This document shows positions 54,508 to 64,000 of a stretch of 64,000 bases of DNA, piece after piece; within the stretch, counting starts at the first letter, position 1, and each line of letters begins with the position of its first letter. The position numbers and the translations under genes were made by a program. Source of the stretch: Antedon mediterranea (taxonomy: Eukaryota > Animalia > Echinodermata); the NCBI RefSeq assembly GCF_964355755.1, contig NC_092671.1:39752304-39816303 (forward strand), in the 5' to 3' direction. A model generated the notes under the pieces. It had not been told where the DNA came from. It searched no databases and was given only the letters and a program-made list of their open reading frames with translations.

Positions 54508-55334
54508 CCAAAGGCAAATTACTGAAAAAAATGACAATGCTGTGGGTATCAGTGGCTGGATCTCAATGGAGATACAGAAATAAAAAGCGAAAAGCTAAAT
54601 CAAAACGATAAAGTAAACAGCCAGAAAAGTTAGCAGAGCTTTCGGGCAACACTAGCCCTTCACATCAGTGCAAGTGAAGGAATTTGGATAACGTCATAGT
54701 ATAAAGCTGGCAAGTGCTGCCTGGGTGGACAGGAATAAAAGAAATTATATATATATATATAATTTGTTTACGGTATCTTAATTAATGTAACTAGTTTGTA
54801 GTGGGCTTCCTATCACAAGTCTCTTGGGGTTTCCTGGAGGTCCCTTTCATCTTTTTACAATTTTTACTTCTTTTTTTGTTACCATATGTGTTTTTATTTG
54901 TTTATGAGATGAATAAAGAGAAGTTATTTTAATAAATCTATATTATAATTGATTGTAAATACAATACAATGTTTAGTTATCGTAATAATATATTCCTGGT
55001 GCTGGTAATATAGTCCACAACTCGCCGTCGCGTTGAAATCTTGTTAACGTCTGTGGTGCTTAAATAATTAACGGTAGCCTACTGTATGCAAAATAACATG
55101 CAGAGTTTGAGAACAAAACAATCGTAATCCCAGTCTTTAATCCCATTAAAGATAACCCCATCTAGGATCTTATATAAATTGAGTTCATTTAATGAAGGTT
55201 TGATTAAAAGATTAACGGGATGAAATTTAATAAGCACATGCGCTAAGATTTAAGATGCTAGATGTATTGCTGTCTGATGGTAAACAACAACTTCATGCTA
55301 ATTGAGTCTAAAACATAGCAATTACATACTGAAA

Positions 55335-56227
55335 CTCACAACCCAGGGACCGTAGACAACATGAGGCAGACGAGGCGCTCACAACCCAGGACCGTAGACA
55401 ACATGAGGCAGACGAGGCGCTCACAAACCAGGACCGTAGACAACATGAGGCAGACGAGGCGCTCACAACCCAGGACCGTAGACAACATGAGGCAGACGAG
55501 GCGCTCACAACCCAGGACCGTAGACAACATGAGGCAGACGAGGCGCTCACAACCCAGGACCGTAGACAACATGAGGCAGACGAGGCGCTCACAACCCAGG
55601 ACCGTAGACAACATGAGGCAGACGAGGCGCTCACAACCCAGGACCGTAGACAACATGAGGCAGACGAGGCGCTCACAACCCAGGACCGTAGACAACATGA
55701 GGCAGACGAGGCGCTCACAACCCAGGACAGTAGACAACATGAGGCAGACGTGGCGCTCACAACCCAGGACCGTAGACAACATGAGGCAGACGAGGCGCTC
55801 ACAACCCAGGACCGTAGACAACATGAGGCAGACGAGGCGCTCACAACCCAGGACCGTAGACAACATGAGGCAGACGTGGCGCTCACAACCCAGGACCATA
55901 GACAACATGAGGCAGACGAGGCGCTCACAACCCGGGACCGTAGACAACATGAGGCAGACGAGGCGCTCACTACCCAGGACCGTAGACAACATGAGGCAGA
56001 CGAGGCGCTCACAACCCAGGACCATAGACAACATGAGGCAGACGAGGCGCTCACAGCCCAGGACCATAGACAACATGAGGCAGACGAGGCGCTCACAACC
56101 CAGGACCGTAGACAACATGAGGCAGACGAGGCGCTCACTACCCAGGACCGTAGACAACATGAGGCAGACGAGGCGCTCACAACCCAGGACCGTAAACAAC
56201 ATGAGGCAGACGAGGCGCTCACTACCC
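55335..56227. repeat. 42-bp GC-rich minisatellite, about 21 copies
   Basis: Unit acaacccaggaccgtagacaacatgaggcagacgaggcgctc, highly homogeneous. Confidence 0.97.
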
Positions 56228-59200
56228 ACCCCCAATTCCCCAGCACAGATCGTCGTATTTTATATTAATGATTATATTTAAGGCATCTGTTTTTAACCTT
56301 TCGCTACGACACTTTCGGTGAAATCAAGACTCTTCCCTGCTGAAATGAACGAATGTAACATTGCACTATGGTTAACCCCTATTTAGGGGATATCTCGCCA
56401 TGCGTCCCGAATGGGGTTTCTGTATTTGCAGCCGACCCAAGGGGTTTCATATTCCGAATTAAATATCTATTGTTATTTAGGTAGGCCCTTAACTTATAAA
56501 AGATAAAGGAATCTAAATAATACTAGGTGCTAGGTTAATTACGATTTACCAATGGACAAGGATCATGATACGCGGCAGATGATTGTGTGCGCGATATTGA
56601 TTTAGCATTTAATTGACGTTAGGTATTCACATGTCGACGATAAGTCAACGGAGAGCTGATATTAACTTTGCAAATCAACTGAATTTGTATAAAGTGCTTA
56701 CTAATTTAATAAAGGCCTTAAACGGCGAGTTTATTATGTTTTGGATTATTATTATTGTTAAATTAAATTAAACCTCATTTTGGTTGCATACCACCACTTA
56801 ACTTATATTTGAATTTAAAACTTACAACAATAATTTCATAAATTATCATTTTAATACGTACTAACTGTACGTGATATAGCCAAATAAAATGTAGACCTTT
56901 AAATCAAGACAATCTAACATAATTTATTGATTTTCATTCAATTGCGCCCTCATTATAGATAAAACTTTTGTTACTGTTTAGAGGGCGATATAATAATTTA
57001 TTAAGCAGAACATAAAGAGAAATACAAACATTTAAAAAAACCCAAACCAATTAATACTATACCGTATGTTCTCTACAAGCAGGGTTAAATTTGTATTGTA
57101 TTTTGAAATTTCAATAAAGGTATAATACATTACTCATGAATACAAATGTACAGTATATAAACAATGATAAAATAAAGAAATGATTTTGTTTATTAGACAT
57201 TTCTAAAAACTCTACTAGCGCCATCAAACGTCATTGTATTAAAGTCATGGTTTGCTGCCCTCATTCGAATCCAGAAGATCTATTACAAAGATGTATACAG
57301 TAATTCGAGACCCCTCAATATGGATGTCTCCTTAATAGAAGACTCCTTTTCAGGGAAGACCGCAATTGTTTCCTCTTACTAGGGGTTTTTGCGGGAACAA
57401 AAAACAAATCAAATTGAAGAATAATTGATCAGGACTCAAGAAATTGAGAAGAATTGAGACCTTAGCATTCATCAACTGAATAGGGTGTATCCAAAATAAG
57501 GGGGGGGGGGGTGGGGTCTACTGTAGTATGGTATATCCATGTACTATATCACTTGTGTAAGTTGGTTTTTTTTTTCAAATACTATTGAAATTAACACTTT
57601 GAGATGCAAGCCTCATGACAAAAGCTCTTTATTAGTTTTACGTATTTTAGGCAATCCTTCCAATATATAGTATTGGGAAATGTTTTTACATCAACACTGT
57701 GGGTATACTGTAGTGCAAAGACCGTATTGTTAAATGCTGATCGACGAAGCCAATTGCCAATTTCTTCAAAACAAACTGACCAAATCGGTATTATACTTTA
57801 ACTAGGAAATAACATATTATACAAAGGAAAACGCACCCATAATATTCAATACAACAATGCGTCACTAATTGGAAAAAATGCGTCACAAAATTACTCGTTC
57901 GTGACGCGTTAGTAGGTCAGTAAAATGTCAAAGTTCTACCAAATGTCCTTATTGCAATAACAACGCACACTTGGGGTCAGAATATGGACAGAAGACCAAT
58001 ACCATTATGACGTCATACGAAAAGATTTATATCCAATACATCAACCTTTTTTTTAAAAATAAGTGAAATTTTATATAAAAATATGAAATATTTAATCGGC
58101 GGGTTGTTGCAATAGATTGGTCAACCACCTTTAGCAGTGACGCGCGCGTGCAATAACACAGACATTTAATATCTCCCTATGGTAATTCTAATGCGTATAC
58201 ATCTTTGAACGAATTATTACTTCGTGTTATTAGTCTTCAATCTTTGTGTAGCACTTATCTCATTTCATATTATATTGGAAAAGCTACAAACCATGAAAAT
58301 CCAAGAATGATACGAGTTGGGCAGTTTTGGACCATGTATACAGGTCATATGCCATGTATACAGGTCATATGCCTCTAGACCATGTATACAGGTCATATGC
58401 CTCTAGAGTTATTCTGAGAAATCGTAACAACAATATTTCGACACCAGTAAGTCTAGAGAATTATTGTTTGTAAATATTTGACAAGATCAGAAAGACTTTG
58501 ATTAAACTGAAAATTGAAACAGAAAACGGTAAACGCTAAACGATATTGTAAACTAAGATATAGTCTGCAAGTGGTGTGTGTTGGTTTTGTTTTTAATTGG
58601 CGCAGACGACCTTGTTCGTACTCGTGCAGTGAGCCTAGCGCGATCGGTAATCTGCCGGCCATCCGATTTACACGAGTGCTTTTTTTTGCTGCACACTTTT
58701 TGCACTCCAGTGCATATAGTGAAAAAATAAAGAGCGCACACGTGATTCATTTCAACTCGTCTGATTGGCTACATCCTTGAACCCATTGTGAACTATAATG
58801 ATTACGGTTCTATTTCCTATTTCACGACGGTCTCGTTCGGCTGTCAACAGGAAAGTAGAGGTTTAATATCTGTGTTGTTGCAAAAAAACAGAAAATAGAA
58901 CCTGGAGATACCCTTTAAATAATTACCGTATGTGATATACCGGTATACTTTAAACTTACAATGTATTATTCTATACCTCAACAAATGTAAGGAGGACATC
59001 ATTGTGATAGGCCTATATATATGTACGTGTGCACACAGAGATCAAAGTGTGGCATCCATAAAAAATCATGTGCGCGTGCGTCAATTGTAAAATAAGTGAC
59101 TTAATGATATACGTCACACGCACTAAAAGCTTGGTTATTAATTTTTATTTAGCTGCTAATTATTAAAAGCCAGTGGCGAGCTAATGAGTCTTGTCTATAA

Positions 59201-61608
59201 CAATTTATCTAATATATAAATATTCATAAATTCCTTATTTCAGTTGCTGCAAGTCGCGTCAGATAAAAAACCGAAAATTAACTTCGACGTTCCGATTAAG
59301 AAAGTTAAGCCGAGGGCCTAGGTTTAATGACAATACATTTATTAAACCTTCTTATTAAAAGCTGGTTTCTTCCTTTACTATACAAGTTAGGCGATAAATT
59401 ACAATCAAACACTTACTTTAAGATGATTAGGTTGGACGGTTATAGGGAGATGGACTTTGTTTGGATCCAGCGCAATTGGTAGCCAGGAAACGTGACGTCA
59501 CACTTTTTCTCCCTATTGGTTGGAAGATCCATCGTGAATACGGGATAGAAATGAACCACGCACATATTCTGCGTATTATATTCTGCGTATTATATTCTAC
59601 TCACATATACTACGCACATATTCTACACACATAATCTACGTATTATATTTTACGCACATATTCAGCGTATTATATTCAGCGTATCATATTCAGCGTATCA
59701 TATTTCACGCACATATTCAGTGTATTTTGCCTCACTTATTAGCTTTATCACTCATCCCCTCCCACCGACGAAATCGAATTTTTTTCAACATTTTGAGAAA
59801 ATACGTTTGCGAAAACAGTAAACCATGTGCACATTGTGTAATGTTATGCAACTAGAACCATATTCGATAATGTCACCTAGAGGCCACAATAATTATAGAT
59901 TCTAAAATCAACATTTATATGTCTAATATTAATATATTGGCTTGAGTTATAACTCATGGTATATTCATTTATGCACGGTAGCTTTATGTTATGCAACTAT
60001 ATCCCCTGGGATTATTCATGTTACACCTTATGTAAGTCGACATTCTATAAATGGATGATGATTTACTGACGATAAATATATTGATTTACGTTGATAATAT
60101 TACCCAAAATGCTATAGTATAAATACATCAATGTATTACCAAGACATTACGACCTCATTGCAAAAATAATTAGAACTCAAATATAATTGATCACCTAGTG
60201 TCATCCCTTAAGCCCTGTCTACATTATCAAACGTTATGTGACAAAAAATGTCATATCACTACCATATTTGAGCAAATCACTACCATATTTACATCATTTT
60301 TTTTTGTCAAACTAGTTTGATAGTTGAAATATCAATATAGAAAATGTATACAGCGGTTACAGGAATATTTTGAATACTTAAAATTAAAATATAAATTTCC
60401 ACAATTTATACTGACATGCAAACATACATAACTAATATAAGACAAGATAATGCATGAGTTATGTATTTAATAATAATATCCGAGAAATTGGTAAAATTGC
60501 AATTTAGCAGCCAAGTTGACGTCATCAAGATATAAAATATATCATATACTAAAAGAAGAACATGAGTTTCATGTTGTCGTCATCTTCCTGCGGGTCGTCA
60601 TACACATTCATGTTAATTTTGTTTAGAATGCGCTTGGAGAGAAACCTAGGGAGTTGTTGTCACTGTGAATGATGGTTTTAGGTTTCAAGATGTTTTACAT
60701 TTACATCTCAACTGGTTTACATTGCCAATAGCACCGTTTGTCATTATGTAGAACAGAACCCCGTGTTTACTTTATGTTTGGGGTACCGTATGTGTCACTC
60801 AAAATTAGAAGTCCTTCAAAAATGATACCGATTGTATATACAATACTGTCAACAAAACCGTACCGTATGAGGATTTGAACGCACTATTCTTAGGCTCTAT
60901 CTATACTATACTATCAAACTAGTTGGAAAAAAAAGTGTGATGTACCCAAATATGGTGGTGATATGCCTAAATATGGTAGTGATATGCCTAAATATGGTAG
61001 TGATATGACATCATCTTCATATTTGGGCACATCACATTTTTTGTCACATTAAGTTTGATAGTGTAAGTTGACTGTGCACTACGTGATGGAGATTAATTTT
61101 TTTTTAAACTTCATATCGAGAATAAACATCATAATGTTAAGTCTACTACATCTGAGTAGTTTAAAGCATATTTAGGGCATCAACTATGTCATTCTCGTGT
61201 TGAAAATTTAATCGTCCATTTGTTGACGGATTTTTCTAAATAAATCAATTATAGCAAAGTTATTCTATAACGAGATTTTAAAAGTGCACAGTGTGACCTC
61301 AAATACATTCACGGATATAATTTTTCCCCACCCAAGATTTCTGTGCTGAACTCGTGAATTCAGCTATGTGCTTACTTCTTCATAATTTAATCATAACTTG
61401 TGGTGAGTCAAAATATTGCCTAATATTAACTGACACCCTCTCAGTGCTGTCCTCATTGTTGGTCCTGTTAGGGTTTAGGACACCACAGCTAGTATCTAGG
61501 TCCAAAACAACGTACGTACACGGGTTACGGATTGTACCTTGCTTAAAAGGATTTATCAGCCGATTTATCACAGGTAAGGGAAGACTAGGAACAAATTGTA
61601 TTTTAGTA

Positions 61609-61777
61609 TTTTTAGTCGCGACTTTACAGCTCACTATGTCGCTCACTATGTCGGTCGGTCGGTTGGTTGGTTGGTTGGTTGGTCGGTCGGTCGGTGGGTT
61701 GATCGGTCGGTTGGTCGGTCGGCAAATACTAACTAAACTTTGAGCACGCGACTGCAGCCATGTATATGTCCTTGTTT
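61609..61777 (+). mobile_element. Non-autonomous Helentron/DINE-1-like element
   Basis: 5' T-run, subterminal inverted repeats agtcgcg/cgcgact, internal (GGTC/GGTT)n microsatellite, 3' short hairpin followed by ttgttt. Confidence 0.65.
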
Positions 61778-64000
61778 GGAAATAAAGAGAATATATAACT
61801 GTACTATATTTTAAGTATAGTTAAAATGGTGGCATGCATAAGAGGTATAATATAGTGTAGTAGCAAAAATAACCAAAATTGTACGGAATAACGATTATGG
61901 AAACGCAATGTATTAGTACAAACTTGAGCACTGGAGCTGCAGCTTGTTTTCCTGTCAAGTCAATACGGGATATACCTGCAATTAAATCGCTGTATAATAT
62001 GTGGCCATCGCCCAATGACAAGATCACAGCAGAAGTACCCAGCAACAATTAGAATTAATTAACGTGTAATCTTAGGTACCGTTTAATCAAAGTGTTTGAT
62101 TAAAAGCTATTCAAATTTCGACGTGACTAGAGTATTATTATTATTAAGTATAACCTTCATGGTGTAAGTTACTTATCGAGATTAATAAAAACCAAATGGG
62201 TTTCTGAAATAATCAACCTGTATACAATTTCAAATCTTCCACGAATAATGAAATTTAACCTTCATTTTTTATTAAACTACCCGTTCCATAATAAATCTCA
62301 TAATGTTCTCGAGTTTGATAATTGGCTATTTCATTAATTTAAAGCATAGTAAAGTAGGCCTACATTATGTTGTTTTTGTTGAACTCGGAACAGCTTTTCA
62401 AAGTTGTTTTAATTGGCATTAAAGAAAATAATAACACATGGTATTTATAGTCCTAATATGGCCACTCGTTGCCTTCAATGTCGACACAAACTCTTCCGAA
62501 AGACCACGGATGATTGGTCCAGCCTTTTTTACATCTCTCTTTTCATCAGCTGTGTTGATTGTTCCCACGGTTTCATATACTAGTTTTTGTGTATCTAGTA
62601 AAACAAATTGACAAATTAGAAGAGTATTTGATGATCGGGTCAAACCACTGGAACGTCAATCTTTAATTGAAAGTATACTTAAATTAATATAAAAACTAAT
62701 CACTCGAACGTCTTTCTAGATAGGCGTAAGTGAGTGACGTCAAAATGCAAATGATCGAGGCACAGATTGCAGGAGGGCTTAATCAGGATTTATGGCGGTC
62801 AAATACGTACCCATACTGGTTTAATGAACAATACAATGTCGAAATAAGTAACATATATATAAAGCTCTGTCTACACTCATGTGTCACATAAAATATGATA
62901 GTGTAGACAAGGATTTGGTTTTTTATCGATGCAGCATCAATGACGAAAATAATACTAAAACGTCAAAAATAATTTTGCGGTCAAATTATAAATAAAAATT
63001 ATAATCTTGATTTTGTTATGATTAGTCAAATTCATTCGCAATATAAAATGTCGAAAGGAACGTTAAGCTCTGTCTAAACTATCAAACTTTATGGGACAAC
63101 AAAATGTGATGTGCCCATATATGGACATGATGATGTCATATCACTACCATATTTGGGCACATCACTACCATATTTGGACACATTAAACTTGTTTTGTCTA
63201 ACTTGTTTGATAGTGTAGACAGAGCCTTAGAATACTGTAGTGATTTCCAAAGCTAGGTTTATACCGAGACTTCGCGCGCAATTGCCCGTGCGTCCTTACA
63301 TTGCTCGTGCGTCCTTGCGTTGCGTCCAAACGTAAATGGAAAATGATTATAAAGCTGATGCCTGGAGAGCCAGCAGGTGTTTTGTTTTTAGAATGGGAAG
63401 GATGCAATTGATTGAATCACGGCATGTAACATACTGATGATCGCTCTCTTGTTTCATTTGTACAATTACAGGATCACTGTCGGGAAGCCTTATGCCTGAC
63501 AGGATCAATATCATGGTGTCATTTTAATAATTTAATAAAACGATAATAAATATCATTCGTATAAAGAAAAAACATCGGGCTTGGATTTCATCTTTCAACT
63601 TGTATCGTTAAATCAACATTAAGGTAGCCATATTCACCTTTACAAACACAATACCCTGAGATAAAATATCGCACTACTACTTATATACCATTCTGCCATA
63701 TTAAGATACAGGTTCATATACTGTAATGATCCAACCTACTTTATCTATCTATCTTTATGTATCTATTGTGGTTTGGTTTGAAATTATATAGGATACATGG
63801 AGAGTAGTAGAGTCTGAATGATGTAGGAACATTTGAGATTTAGACATCTGCGCAGGTGTAAATTGCTTATTGCATGACATAATGCATTTAAATATATAGG
63901 TATAATGCATATATTTATACGTGATACATGGCTACCAGTAGGTAAGCGACTAAAAAATTTATCAATCGGAGTTCAATACAGTATAGGCCTATTTCTTTGT

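Noticed and set aside
55308-56281. About 300-aa repeat ORFs, or a CRISPR-like array
   Set aside because: Contiguous 42-bp tandem units with no unique spacers and no cas genes; ORFs on both strands result from the unit length.
58480-58918. Non-autonomous Kolobok-like end (..ataccctTTAA; similar ends at ~12375 and ~48463)
   Set aside because: No matching partner TIR could be found by eye, so no element is called.
62100-62135. Third hammerhead (tttcgacgtgactag)
   Set aside because: The CUGANGA half is missing; at most a truncated remnant.

Overview
AT-rich, intron-containing metazoan genomic DNA; an invertebrate deuterostome such as an echinoderm is my inference from composition and repeat content. 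It is not prokaryotic and has no CRISPR array. Host genes, in order: a synaptotagmin (+), a tandem tRNA-Lys(CTT) array (-), a CHST11-like sulfotransferase (-), CCDC34 (+), mitochondrial IleRS IARS2 (-), a divergent TSPO (+) and a RERG-like GTPase (-). The main finding is an apparently intact 7.3-kb Kolobok DNA transposon (33658-40999) with perfect 18-bp TIRs and a TTAA target-site duplication. It carries a 12-exon THAP-DDE transposase and a convergent 4-exon gene for a stand-alone P2X7-ballast/nanor-like protein (KolX). Other observations: a 14-copy minisatellite built from the last codons and stop of IARS2; CTAG/AGGCCT-rich tracts in the first introns of both transposon genes and two host genes; two hammerhead-ribozyme-like motifs with the same atypical core expansion; about 18 copies of one MITE; two tRNA-derived SINEs; and several minisatellites. 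Exon boundaries were derived by eye and may be off by a few bases.
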